A stretch of 64,000 nucleotides of DNA from an uncultured Methylomirabilota bacterium (GTDB lineage Bacteria > Methylomirabilota > Methylomirabilia > Methylomirabilales > 2-02-FULL-66-22), in NCBI GenBank assembly GCA_963845565.1, contig CAWJSJ010000005.1, positions 192,001-256,000 on the forward strand, read 5' to 3'. This document shows positions 47,645 to 57,786 of the stretch, in pieces (within the stretch, counting starts at the first letter, position 1; the number at the start of each line of letters is the position of its first letter). A program made the translations under genes and the position numbers. Below the pieces are notes generated by a model. That model saw only the letters and a list, made by a program, of their open reading frames with translations. It had not been told where the DNA came from and made no database searches.

Positions 47645-48879
47645 GCGTGGCGCCCGGGGGGTGCGAGGGGGGAGTGAACGCCGAGCGGACGTCGGGGCAT
47701 GCCGTGCGAGTCTGTCTGGCGTCCGCGCTGTATCGTCCGGCAGTGGGGGGTGAGGAGCGGCACACAGAGCTCCTTGCCGGCGCTCTGACGCGCGCGGGAC
47801 ACAGCGTCTGCGTCGCAACGCAGCGGATCGCCGGCGCGCGGCGCAGGGAAACGACGGACGGGGTGCGGATCGAGCGCGCCATCCGCCCGATCTCCTTCGG
47901 CCCGTGCTTCGGTCCGAGCTATGTCGCAACCCTGGGGTGGTTTCTCCTTCGCCACCGCGGGGCGTTCGATATTCTTCAAGCCACTTACCTCTACTGGGAT
48001 GCGGTGGTCGCGGCCCTCCTGAAACCGGTGCTGGGGTCGCGGCTCGTCGTGCGGATCGTCATGGGAGGGCCGGGAGGCGACGCCGAACGGTTCCGCGGGA
48101 TGCGGTTCTGGCCACTGACGTCCCGCTTTGACGGCGCGACCCTTCGCCGTCTTGTGGCGCTTGTGATCCGGCGGGGGGACGCCTTCATCGCCCTCAATGC
48201 CGAGACGCGGGCGGAACTGCTGGAGCTCGGGGCTTCCCCCGAGAAGTGCCACGTGGTCCCCAATGGGATCGAGGTGGAACGGTTTGCGGGAATTACGGCA
48301 CCCGTCATCCGCGAGGGCCCTCGGCGCCTGGTGTGTGTGGCGCGGTTGGCCCAGCAAAAAGGCCACGACATCTTGCTCAGGGCCCTGCCGGCGGTCCGGG
48401 CAGCCGCTGGGCCGATCGCCCTCACACTCCTCGGCGACGGTCCGGAGCGGGCTGCCCTCCAATCGCTGGCGGCGGCACTCGGAGTGGCCGAGACCGTTCG
48501 GTTTGGAGGGGTCGTGCCGGATGTGGCGCCGTATCTCGCAGGCGCTGCGGCGTTCGTTCTGCCCTCCAGGTATGAAGGCATGCCGCTGGCCCTGCTCGAG
48601 GCGATGGCCGCCGGGGTTCCGGTGGTGGCCAGTGCCGTTCCGGGGAATCGTCAGGTTGTGCGAGACGGGGTGGATGGCCTCTTGGTCCCGCCCGAGGACC
48701 CCCAGGCCTTGGCCGCAGGGATCGTGAGGGTACTGACGGATCGTGCCATGGCCGCGCGGCTTGCAGCCACGGCACGCATCAGCGTGGCGAATCGTTATTC
48801 GGTGGGGACCATGGCGAACCGGACACTCGGGGTCTACCGGAGCGTCCTCACGGCCGGCGCGTCAAGCGCGCATTCGTGA
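47641..48879 (+). CDS. Glycosyltransferase family 4
   Basis: VPNGIE, ARLAQQKG, EGMPLALLEAMAAG. Confidence 0.9.
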   Translation: MSVAPGGCEGGVNAERTSGHAVRVCLASALYRPAVGGEERHTELLAGALTRAGHSVCVATQRIAGARRRETTDGVRIERAIRPISFGPCFGPSYVATLGWFLLRHRGAFDILQATYLYWDAVVAALLKPVLGSRLVVRIVMGGPGGDAERFRGMRFWPLTSRFDGATLRRLVALVIRRGDAFIALNAETRAELLELGASPEKCHVVPNGIEVERFAGITAPVIREGPRRLVCVARLAQQKGHDILLRALPAVRAAAGPIALTLLGDGPERAALQSLAAALGVAETVRFGGVVPDVAPYLAGAAAFVLPSRYEGMPLALLEAMAAGVPVVASAVPGNRQVVRDGVDGLLVPPEDPQALAAGIVRVLTDRAMAARLAATARISVANRYSVGTMANRTLGVYRSVLTAGASSAHS

Positions 48880-48930
48880 TGCGTCCGACCGCACGCCGCC
48901 GGAGACATCCAGGCCCCTAGGGAGTCTGAC

Positions 48931-49896
48931 GTGCAACATGCCCGTGAGGGATCAGGCATCGCTCCGAACGACACACAGGCGCACCCTGTGCCATCCGATC
49001 GTCTCCTCCGTCTACTCGCCTGTCCGGTTTGCCGGGGCGGGGTACGATCGGACCCCAGAATCCCCGCGATCGTCTGCGACGCCTGTGGGGTGGGATATGC
49101 CATCGTCGATGGCGTTCCTATGATGGTGACGACCGCCTCCCAAGCGCTGCTGGATGGCGGGAAGGAGGCCGATCCCACCGCGGGGCTTCCCCGGCGGTGG
49201 TGGAGTGTCTGGTTCGGACGCCTCATGCAGGCGACCTCTTTCGGCGGCCCGACCTACGACCCGGGCCAAACGACGCGCATCCGCGCTCTGATCCGCACGC
49301 TGGGAGATGGGGCGAACATCCTGGATCTGGGTTCCGGAGGTCGGTGTTGGGGTCCGACGGTGATCGGGATGGACGTCGACCGGTTCCCGCACGTCGGTGT
49401 GGTAGGAGACGGGCACCGACTTCCCTTTGCCGACGGGGTCCTGGACGGGATCGTCTGCACGGGCGTCCTGGAACACGTGAACGATGCGGAAGCCGTCACC
49501 CGGGAGATCTGGCGGGTGCTGCGCGCGGGCGGGATGGCCTACGTCGCGGTTCCGTTCATGCAGGGGTATCATCCGGCGAGCGGAACGCATCAGGATTTCC
49601 GACGGCTGACTCATATCGGCCTGCAGGAGTTGTTGTCCGCCTTCGAGCGGGTGGACTTCGGAGTGTCCGGCGGACCCAGTTCGTCGCTGGCGTGGATTCT
49701 GCGCGAATATCTCGCGATGCTGTTCGTCGGGAGTGGCCGGCTCTACCAGGTGGCCTATGCCGTGAGCGGCTGGCTGACCTTCTGGATCAAATACCTTGAC
49801 CGGTTCCTCGCGCGTCGCACGACGGCGCACCGGATCGCGTGCGGATTTTATTTCCTGGGGCGCAAGCCGACACTGACGCCCCCCAAGGGCCCATGA
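48931..49896 (+). CDS. SAM-dependent methyltransferase with N-terminal Trm112-like Cys motif
   Basis: LLACPVC..CDAC..YAIVDGVP; LDLGSGG, VLEHV. Confidence 0.83.
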   Translation: MQHAREGSGIAPNDTQAHPVPSDRLLRLLACPVCRGGVRSDPRIPAIVCDACGVGYAIVDGVPMMVTTASQALLDGGKEADPTAGLPRRWWSVWFGRLMQATSFGGPTYDPGQTTRIRALIRTLGDGANILDLGSGGRCWGPTVIGMDVDRFPHVGVVGDGHRLPFADGVLDGIVCTGVLEHVNDAEAVTREIWRVLRAGGMAYVAVPFMQGYHPASGTHQDFRRLTHIGLQELLSAFERVDFGVSGGPSSSLAWILREYLAMLFVGSGRLYQVAYAVSGWLTFWIKYLDRFLARRTTAHRIACGFYFLGRKPTLTPPKGP

Positions 49897-51113
49897 ACGT
49901 TCTGATCGTTACGCCGCAGTTTCTGCCCGTGTTGGGCGGGGCAGAGCGTCAGGCCCATGCGCTGGGTCGGATGCTGGGCGCGCGGGGTCACCAGGTGGCC
50001 GTGCTGACCCGGCGGCTGAGCGGTCTGCCGCGGCGCGAGGTGTTGGGCGGCGTGTCGGTCGTGCGGGCCATCCGGCCGATCGAGTGTGGCCCTCTCTATG
50101 GGCTCACGTACATCCTCAGCGTGGGTCAATTCCTGTTACGGCATCGGCGCGAATGGGATGTGGTGCACATCACTCACATGTATCTGGACGCCGTTGCGGC
50201 GATCCTGACCCGGCGTGGGCACGGTCTGCCGATTGTGGTGCGACCCGCGTGCGCCGGGCATTTCGGGGACCTGGCGCGCCTGGCGCGTTTCCGGGCCTGG
50301 CCACTCTACCCTGGTCCCGGCGAGGTTGGCCTCCGAGTGCTCATCCGGACCATCGCGCGCGCGGATGCCTTCATCGCCAATAGTCAAGAGCTCTGCGAGG
50401 AGTTGCAGGCGACCGGTTTCCCCCCAGGAAGGGTCGTGCGCATCCCCAATGGGGTAGATCTGACCCGCTTCTGCCCGGATCCGGACGCGCGATCGGCGAC
50501 AGCGCGACGCCGTCTTGGGCTCCCCGCGGGCCCACTGCTGGTGTTTGCGGGACGGCTCGACCCGCAGAAAGGCCTGCACACTCTCCTCGGTGCGATGCAT
50601 TCTCCGGTGCTGGCGGCGGCAGGTGTCCGCTTGCTTCTGCTGGGTGATGGCCCGCAGCGCGCCGAACTGGCGCAGGCCGTTCAGCATGGCGGCCTGGCGG
50701 GTCGTGTGCAATTTCAGGGGGTGGTGGAGGACGTGGCCCCGTACCTGCGCGCCGGCGATATTTTCGCCTTCCCCACCCTGGGCGAGGGAATGCCGAACGC
50801 CCTCTTGGAGGCGATGGCCAGCGGTCTTCCCTGCGTCGCATCCGCCATCGGCGGATGCCGGGACGTGATCACGAATGACGAAACGGGACTCCTTGTGCCC
50901 GCGGGAGATGGGAGCGCATTTCAGGGGGCGCTGGAGAGGTTGGTTGAGTCCTCGGCGATGCGAGAGCGTTTGGGTGGGGCGGCAAGACAGGATGCCGTCT
51001 CTCGATTTGGCCTGGAGAGGATGGTGGACCGGTATGAGGCGTGTTACCGAGCTGTTATGGCCGGACACCCCGTCGGCTCAATCTCCGGCGAGGACCTAAG
51101 CGAGCAGCCGTGA
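49893..51113 (+). CDS. Glycosyltransferase family 4
   Basis: GGAERQ, IPNGVD, EGMPNALLEAMASG. Confidence 0.9.
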   Translation: MNVLIVTPQFLPVLGGAERQAHALGRMLGARGHQVAVLTRRLSGLPRREVLGGVSVVRAIRPIECGPLYGLTYILSVGQFLLRHRREWDVVHITHMYLDAVAAILTRRGHGLPIVVRPACAGHFGDLARLARFRAWPLYPGPGEVGLRVLIRTIARADAFIANSQELCEELQATGFPPGRVVRIPNGVDLTRFCPDPDARSATARRRLGLPAGPLLVFAGRLDPQKGLHTLLGAMHSPVLAAAGVRLLLLGDGPQRAELAQAVQHGGLAGRVQFQGVVEDVAPYLRAGDIFAFPTLGEGMPNALLEAMASGLPCVASAIGGCRDVITNDETGLLVPAGDGSAFQGALERLVESSAMRERLGGAARQDAVSRFGLERMVDRYEACYRAVMAGHPVGSISGEDLSEQP

Positions 51114-52246
51114 AGATCTGTCTGGTGATCGCCAATTTTTGGCCCGGCTGGGGGGGTGCGGAACGGCAGTGTCAATTGCTGGCCCGGACATTGACTCGGC
51201 AGGGGCACCACGTCGTGGTGCTCACGCGGGGACAACGGGGACTGCCGGCCGAGGAGTGTATTGACGGCGTGTCCGTGCGACGGACACCGGCCTTTGGCCC
51301 GGGGGCGTTCCGGTCGCTGGTGTGGACATTCACGGCCGCGACGTGGCTTCGCCGCCATGCCCGGCAGTTTCCGATCGTCCAGTGCTATCAGTTGCTGTCC
51401 CCGAGCCACGTCGGAATCCTCGCCCGTCGTTCGGGCGGCCACGCGACGATCATGCGGCCTGCCTGTAGCGGCCCGTTCGGGGATATCGCTGAGGTGCGGC
51501 GTCTCCCGCTCACCGGAATACGCACGCGATTGCTCCGACGAGCCGATGCGTTTGTGACCCTGACCCAGGACATCGAAACCGAGCTGTTCGAATTCGGGCT
51601 GGGAGGTGTTCCATTCCATCGGATCCCCAACGGCGTGGATGTCGCGGTGTTTTCCCCGGTGGCCCCCGACGAGCGGGCGGCCCTCCGCGCCGCGTTGGGA
51701 CTGCCGACCGACAAAGTTCTCTGTGCGTTCGTCGGGCGCCTCACGCGTCAGAAGAATCCCGAACTGTTGTTGGCGGCCTGGTCCCGCTGCGCGACATCGC
51801 GGGCGCACCTTGTCTTTGTCGGGGATGGCCCACTGCGAGCGGTGCTGGAACGGCAGCACTCAGGCTTACCGTCGACGAGCGCCGTTACGTTCACTGGTGC
51901 TGTTGCGGACGTGCCGGCCTTCGTGCGGGCGATGGACATCATGGTGCTCCCGTCAGAGGCCGAAGGCATTTCGAATGCTCTGCTCGAGGCGATGGCGTGC
52001 GGCGTGCCGGTCGTGGCGACGGACGTGGGAGGGGTCCGCGATGTTCTGGGGAGCGCTGGAAGGGCGGGTGTGGTCGTGCCAGCGGGATCTTCTGCGTCCC
52101 TGGCTGAGGCGATTTCCGCCTTGGTGGACTCTCCTGCGCACCGACGAGAAATCGGGGCTGCCGCGCGCACCGTGATCGAAGATCGGTACGACATCAGGCG
52201 AGTGGTGACTCAATACCTCTCGCTGTATAGGGAGTTGGCGGGTTGA
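51110..52246 (+). CDS. Glycosyltransferase family 4
   Basis: GGAERQ, IPNGVD, EGISNALLEAMACG. Confidence 0.9.
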   Translation: MKICLVIANFWPGWGGAERQCQLLARTLTRQGHHVVVLTRGQRGLPAEECIDGVSVRRTPAFGPGAFRSLVWTFTAATWLRRHARQFPIVQCYQLLSPSHVGILARRSGGHATIMRPACSGPFGDIAEVRRLPLTGIRTRLLRRADAFVTLTQDIETELFEFGLGGVPFHRIPNGVDVAVFSPVAPDERAALRAALGLPTDKVLCAFVGRLTRQKNPELLLAAWSRCATSRAHLVFVGDGPLRAVLERQHSGLPSTSAVTFTGAVADVPAFVRAMDIMVLPSEAEGISNALLEAMACGVPVVATDVGGVRDVLGSAGRAGVVVPAGSSASLAEAISALVDSPAHRREIGAAARTVIEDRYDIRRVVTQYLSLYRELAG

Positions 52247-52384
52247 CGGATCCGACCTGGCTGCGACGGGCTCGCCCCGAACCATTCCGCAAGACGATGG
52301 CGCCAATCGGGGCGGGACGCATTCTTCGGTGGGGTTCGGGAGAGACGCTCCAGATGGACAGCGAAGGCGCGGGGGCCGTTTGAG

Positions 52385-54328
52385 ATGTGCGGCATCAGCG
52401 GGAAGCTGTATTTCGATTCGGGACGGCCCGTGGAGCGCGAGATTCTGGAGCGGATGAACGCCGTCCTGGCCCACCGCGGCCCGGACGATGCCGGGATATA
52501 CTGCGACGGCCCGGTCGGCCTCGCCCACCGGCGGCTGAGCATCATCGACTTGAGCCCGGCCGGTCATCAACCGATGTCGAACGAGGACGGCACGATCTGG
52601 ATCGTCTTCAACGGAGAAATCTACAACTTCCAGTCCCTGCGACCCGATCTGGTACGCCGGGGGCATCGGTTTCGCTCGAACAGCGACACGGAAGTGATCA
52701 TCCACTTGTATGAAGAGCATGGGGTCGAGTGCCTGCGGTTCCTCCGCGGGATGTTTGCGTTGGCGATATGGGATGGTGCGCGCCGCCAACTGTTTCTCGC
52801 GCGAGACCGGCTAGGGAAGAAGCCGCTCAGCTACCAACAGGATGGGGCCGCCTTCCGGTTTGCCTCCGAGGTGAAGGCGATCCTGCAGGATCCCGACGTG
52901 CAGAACCGTCCGAACCCGGCTGGGATCTCGCAGTATCTGACCTATGGCTACGTACCGGGATCCGGGTCGGCATTTCAGGGGATCCACAAGCTTCCACCTG
53001 GCCACTATTTGACCTGTTGCGACGGCCAGGTGAAGGTAGCGCGCTACTGGCGGCTTCGCCGGGATCGAAAAGCGCAACGGTCCGAAGCGGACTGGTGCCA
53101 AGAGATCGTGGCGCGACTGGAGGAGGCCACGCGTCTTCGGATGATTAGCGACGTCCCGCTGGGCGCTTTCCTAAGCGGCGGCATCGACTCCAGCGCCATC
53201 GTCGCCTTGATGAGTCGCATCGCGACGGGTCCGGTAAAGACATTCTCAATCGGTTTCGAGGAGCCGGAATACGACGAACTGCGATACGCTCGCCAGGTTG
53301 CCGAGCGGTTCCAGACGGACCATCACGAGTTCGTGGTTCGGCCGGATGCGGCGGCGGTCCTTCCGCGACTCGCCTGGCACTACGACGAGCCCTTTGCGGA
53401 TTCCTCGGCGGTGCCCACGTATTATGTGGCTCAGATGACCCGCGCGCACGTCACCGTGGCGCTCAACGGGGACGCCGGGGACGAGAGCTTCGGCGGGTAT
53501 GACCGGTACGTGGCGAACCTCTTGGCCGCGTCCTTCGACCGCTGGCCGGGCGCGGGGTTTCTCCGCCACACCATCCGATGGGGGCTGCACCTCCTTCCGC
53601 ACGGAGGGACCCGGACGAGCCTGTTCTATCGCGGTCGCCGTTTTCTGGATGGACTCACGGAAACGCCGGAAAGGCGATACGCGCGCTGGTTTTGCCAATT
53701 CTACGGGGATCGGAAAGCAGACCTCTGCACCCCAGAGTTTCTGGCCGCTGCCGGCGAGGTGGACGCCCTGGAGGTCCTTCTTGCCTCTTATCGCGAGAGT
53801 GATGCCCCGGACTTCGGCGACGCCACCCTGGGGGTGGACGCCGGCCTCTACCTACCCGATGACCTCTTGGTCAAGGTGGACATCGCCAGCATGGCCCACT
53901 CGCTGGAAGCGCGCTCGCCCTTTCTGGACCACGAATTCATGGAATTCGCAGCCACCATCCCGTTCGAACTGAAGGTGCGAGGTCGGATAAAGAAGTACAT
54001 CCTCAAACAAGCCCTCGCGGGGTTGCTCCCTGACCAGATCCTCCACCGACCGAAGATGGGCTTCGGCGTTCCGATCGACCACTGGCTGCGCCACGAACTC
54101 CGGGAGATGGCGCACGACACGCTGCTCTCCACCCGGGCCGTGGGCCGAGGGTACTTCCGGCCGGGCGTCATCCGGCGGATGCTGGAGGACCACGCACGAA
54201 AGAAGGCGAGTTGGCACTATCTTCTCTGGACGTTGCTCATGCTGGAGTTGTGGCATCGAACCTACATTGACGGGGATGGGGATGTCTCTTGGCGGCAGAC
54301 TTTACCCGGTGCGACAGGCACCATGTGA
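52385..54328 (+). CDS. asnB: Asparagine synthase-like glutamine amidotransferase
   Basis: N-terminal MCGI, HRGPD, FNGEIYN, FLSGGIDSS, RSPFLD. Confidence 0.93.
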   Translation: MCGISGKLYFDSGRPVEREILERMNAVLAHRGPDDAGIYCDGPVGLAHRRLSIIDLSPAGHQPMSNEDGTIWIVFNGEIYNFQSLRPDLVRRGHRFRSNSDTEVIIHLYEEHGVECLRFLRGMFALAIWDGARRQLFLARDRLGKKPLSYQQDGAAFRFASEVKAILQDPDVQNRPNPAGISQYLTYGYVPGSGSAFQGIHKLPPGHYLTCCDGQVKVARYWRLRRDRKAQRSEADWCQEIVARLEEATRLRMISDVPLGAFLSGGIDSSAIVALMSRIATGPVKTFSIGFEEPEYDELRYARQVAERFQTDHHEFVVRPDAAAVLPRLAWHYDEPFADSSAVPTYYVAQMTRAHVTVALNGDAGDESFGGYDRYVANLLAASFDRWPGAGFLRHTIRWGLHLLPHGGTRTSLFYRGRRFLDGLTETPERRYARWFCQFYGDRKADLCTPEFLAAAGEVDALEVLLASYRESDAPDFGDATLGVDAGLYLPDDLLVKVDIASMAHSLEARSPFLDHEFMEFAATIPFELKVRGRIKKYILKQALAGLLPDQILHRPKMGFGVPIDHWLRHELREMAHDTLLSTRAVGRGYFRPGVIRRMLEDHARKKASWHYLLWTLLMLELWHRTYIDGDGDVSWRQTLPGATGTM

Positions 54329-54340
54329 TGAGGGGAGACC

Positions 54341-55282
54341 ATGGCGCGATACCTGATTACGGGAGGGGCCGGCTTCATTGGGTCGAATCTGGCCCATACT
54401 CTGGCGGAACGACAGGACACGGTCCGGATCCTGGATGATTTTTCCGGCGGCCGCGCGACAAACCTGGAGGGAATTCACGATCGGGTGGAGATCGTTCGAG
54501 GGGACCTGCGGGATCCAGCGGTTGTGGCGCGCGCCGTGACGGGGATTGAGATCATCTTTCATCAGGCGGCCCTCAACTCGAATCCGCGTTCCATCAAGGA
54601 GCCGGGGCCCACCAACGCCGTCAACGTCGGCGGGACCTTGTTGCTCTTGGAGGCCGCTCGGCAGGCCGGGGTGCGACGCCTGGTGTATGCTTCGTCGTCC
54701 TCGGTCTATGGAGAGTTGTCGCCGGTCCTCCCCAAGACGGAAGATCTGCCGTTGCTCCCGAAGGCGCCCTATGGGGTCTCGAAACTGGCCGCCGAGTTGT
54801 ACTGCCGCGTCTTTGCCGAGGTGTATGGGATCGAGACGGTCAGCCTCCGCTACTTCAACGTGTTCGGACCCCGGCAGCGCCCCGACTCGGAGTACGCTGC
54901 CGTCATTCCGCGCTTCCTGCGGCGGATGTTGGCGGGGCAACGTCCGGTGATCTACGGCGATGGGGAGCAGTCGCGGGACTTCACGCCGGTGGCCAACGTG
55001 GTCGAGGCGAACCTGTGTGCGGCGGCGGCGACCGCGGGGATCGGCGGCGCATTCAACGTTGCCTGCGGTCAGCCCAGCACGCTCAACCAGCTGGTGGCGT
55101 GGCTCAACGCGGAACTGGGAACCGACCTGCCGCCGGTGTATGAGCCGATCCGGCAAGGGGACATCCGCCATTCGTATGCCTCGATTCGCCAGGCCGAGTC
55201 CGTGCTGGGATACCACCCCCGGGTCAACGTCCGGGAGGGCTTGCGGGAGACCGTCGCCTGGTTCAGGGAACACGAGTGTTGA
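54341..55282 (+). CDS. NAD-dependent nucleotide-sugar epimerase/dehydratase
   Basis: TGGAGFIGS, YGVSK, RYFNVFGPRQ. Confidence 0.92.
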   Translation: MARYLITGGAGFIGSNLAHTLAERQDTVRILDDFSGGRATNLEGIHDRVEIVRGDLRDPAVVARAVTGIEIIFHQAALNSNPRSIKEPGPTNAVNVGGTLLLLEAARQAGVRRLVYASSSSVYGELSPVLPKTEDLPLLPKAPYGVSKLAAELYCRVFAEVYGIETVSLRYFNVFGPRQRPDSEYAAVIPRFLRRMLAGQRPVIYGDGEQSRDFTPVANVVEANLCAAAATAGIGGAFNVACGQPSTLNQLVAWLNAELGTDLPPVYEPIRQGDIRHSYASIRQAESVLGYHPRVNVREGLRETVAWFREHEC

Positions 55283-56466
55283 CGACAAGCGCAGCCCCTG
55301 CTGGATCTCCGAGATGTCGAGCGGCAGGCTTGACCGGCCCGATTCCACTCCTCTTCCTGATCACCAACCTTGACCGGGGCGGAGCCGAGAAGGCGCTCAC
55401 TCGACTGGCCATCGGCTTGCCCCGCGAAAAATATGGCGTTCAGGTGGCCGCCTTGCAGGCGCGGTCGGGGGTCATGGCCGCCGATCTCGGACGCGTCCGC
55501 ATACCGGTCCACGACCTTGGCATGCGTGCGAAGTGGGACCTCAGCGTGTTCGTGCGGCTGGCGCGACTTCTGCAACGCGAGCGAATCCAAATCCTGTTCA
55601 CGTTTATGTTCCACCCGACGATTCTCGGGCGACTCGTGGGATGGGCGTGCCGCGTCCCTGTGCGCATCTCTTCGGAGCGGATCATGGCGTGGGAGGGTCC
55701 CGTGCGGCGAACGCTGAACCGCTGGACCGTCCCCTTGGCGACCCACGTGGTGGCGGTGTCCGAGCGCGTTGCGGAGTACGCGCGGCACGAGTTCCGGGTG
55801 CCGGCGGACCGTCTCACCACGATCCCTAACGGCGTGGACCTCGCCCACTTCCGTCCGGCCGCGCGACCGGCCCGATCGAAAGCGGTCGTGATCGGCTGCA
55901 CGGCGCGCCTGCATCGGAAGAACGATCACGGCTCGCTACTGACGGCCTTTGCGCAGATTGCCCCGCAGTGGCCAGACGCCCGGCTTCTCTTGGTGGGTCG
56001 CGGGCCCGAAGAGGAGCGGCTAAGGGCGATGGCGAACCGACTCGAACTCTCGGCACGGGTGCGCTTTGCCGGCGAGCAGGCGGACGTCGCCCCCTCACTG
56101 GAGGAGATGGACCTCTACGTCCAGAGCTCAATCGCCGAAGGGATGCCGAACTCCGTCCTAGAGGCCATGGCGGTCGGCTTGCCCGTGGTGGCGACGGCCG
56201 TCGGGGGGACCCCTGAGGTTGTGGCCGACGACGAAACGGGATTGCTGGTTCCTCCCGGGGACCCTGCGGCGATGGCGGCGGCGCTCACGACGCTCCTGGC
56301 GGATCGGGCGAAAGCCGGGGCGTTCGGCCGCGCGGGCCGGGCACGGGTTGAGGCCGACTTCGGAGAGGCGACCATGCTCCGGCGCGTGGAGGCGCTGCTG
56401 GATCGCCTGGTCGGTCAGACTCTTTGTCTTTCGTTTGGGGGGCCGAGGGGCTGGGTTCGGTGTTGA
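55276..56466 (+). CDS. Glycosyltransferase family 4 (start uncertain)
   Basis: GGAEK, IPNGVD, EGMPNSVLEAMAVG. Confidence 0.88.
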   Translation: MLTTSAAPAGSPRCRAAGLTGPIPLLFLITNLDRGGAEKALTRLAIGLPREKYGVQVAALQARSGVMAADLGRVRIPVHDLGMRAKWDLSVFVRLARLLQRERIQILFTFMFHPTILGRLVGWACRVPVRISSERIMAWEGPVRRTLNRWTVPLATHVVAVSERVAEYARHEFRVPADRLTTIPNGVDLAHFRPAARPARSKAVVIGCTARLHRKNDHGSLLTAFAQIAPQWPDARLLLVGRGPEEERLRAMANRLELSARVRFAGEQADVAPSLEEMDLYVQSSIAEGMPNSVLEAMAVGLPVVATAVGGTPEVVADDETGLLVPPGDPAAMAAALTTLLADRAKAGAFGRAGRARVEADFGEATMLRRVEALLDRLVGQTLCLSFGGPRGWVRC

Positions 56467-57683
56467 ACCGGGGTGGAGCAAGAGCGGGCGATCCCGCGCC
56501 GCGAGAGAGAAGCGCTCGTCCTGTCCGGGTGGTGCGGGTTATCGCCCGGTTGAATATCGGGGGTCCGGCCCAGCAGGCCATTCTCCTGACGGCCGGTCTC
56601 GACCGCGCCCGGTTTGCCACCACGCTCGTCACGGGCGTGGTGGGTCACGCCGAAGGGGATTTCACGGACGCGGCGCGGGCGCGCGGGGTGACTCCCGTGG
56701 TGATTCCCGAACTCGGCCGGGCGATTCGCCCGGCGCGGGACCTGACGGCGCTGATCAAGCTCATCCGGCTTTTCCGAGCGCTGCGACCGGATATCGTGCA
56801 CACGCACACGGCGAAGGCCGGAACACTGGGTCGGCTGGCCGCCCGGCTCGCTCGGATTCCGGTGAAGATCCATACCTTTCACGGCCACGTGCTGGAGGGC
56901 TACTTCTCGCGGCCGGTCACCCGGGCCTTTCTGGAGGTCGAACGGCGACTCGCCTGCACGACGGACCGACTGGTGACGGTGAGTCCTCGACTGAAAGCGC
57001 AACTCCTGGCAATGGGGATCGGTCGGCCGGAGCAAGTGGATGTGGTGCCACTTGGCCTGGATCTGGAGCGATTCCGACGGGCCCGCCCGGCGTCGCCGGC
57101 GCTCCGGCCGTCACTGGGTCTGACCGGCGACATGCCGCTCCTCGGTATCGTGGGGCGCCTCGTGCCGATCAAGGATCATGCCACGCTGTTCCAGGCGCTG
57201 GCGCGTCTCCATGACGAGGGTCCGGCGGTGCACCTCGTCGTCATCGGTGACGGGGAAGAGCGTGCCCGGCTGGAAGAACTCGCGGGACGCCTCGGGCTTG
57301 GTTCGCGAATCCATTTCTTGGGATGGCGTGTCGATCTGGAGACTATCCTGAAGGAACTGGACGTGGTAATCTGTGCCTCCAGAAACGAGGGGACGCCGGT
57401 GGCGCTCATCGAAGCCATGGCCGCGGGGATCCCGGTACTGTCCACCGACGTGGGGGGCGTGGCGGACCTCGTGACGCACGAGGAAACCGGGTGGCTGGTG
57501 CCGTCGGGCGACCCGGACGCCATGGCGAGTGCGATCCGCCGCCTGCTGAGCGATCGGATTCTCGGCGCACGTCTTGCCGCGGCGGGACAGGTGGCGGCAT
57601 TGGACCGGCACGACGTGGCGCGCCTGATTTCCCGCGTGGAGGTGCTGTACGCTGACGTCCTGGCAAAGAAACAGAGCCAATGA
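56460..57683 (+). CDS. Glycosyltransferase family 4 (start uncertain)
   Basis: IARLNIGGPA, HTHTAKAG, EGTPVALIEAMAAG. Confidence 0.9.
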   Translation: MLNRGGARAGDPAPRERSARPVRVVRVIARLNIGGPAQQAILLTAGLDRARFATTLVTGVVGHAEGDFTDAARARGVTPVVIPELGRAIRPARDLTALIKLIRLFRALRPDIVHTHTAKAGTLGRLAARLARIPVKIHTFHGHVLEGYFSRPVTRAFLEVERRLACTTDRLVTVSPRLKAQLLAMGIGRPEQVDVVPLGLDLERFRRARPASPALRPSLGLTGDMPLLGIVGRLVPIKDHATLFQALARLHDEGPAVHLVVIGDGEERARLEELAGRLGLGSRIHFLGWRVDLETILKELDVVICASRNEGTPVALIEAMAAGIPVLSTDVGGVADLVTHEETGWLVPSGDPDAMASAIRRLLSDRILGARLAAAGQVAALDRHDVARLISRVEVLYADVLAKKQSQ

Positions 57684-57786
57684 GAGATTTCAAACCGACA
57701 GCTGACAACAGATCACTGCTCGTCAATCTGCGGGTGTCGGTTGTCTGTTGTCGGTTTTGCCGTGGCATCGTGAGAGGAGGTCATCC

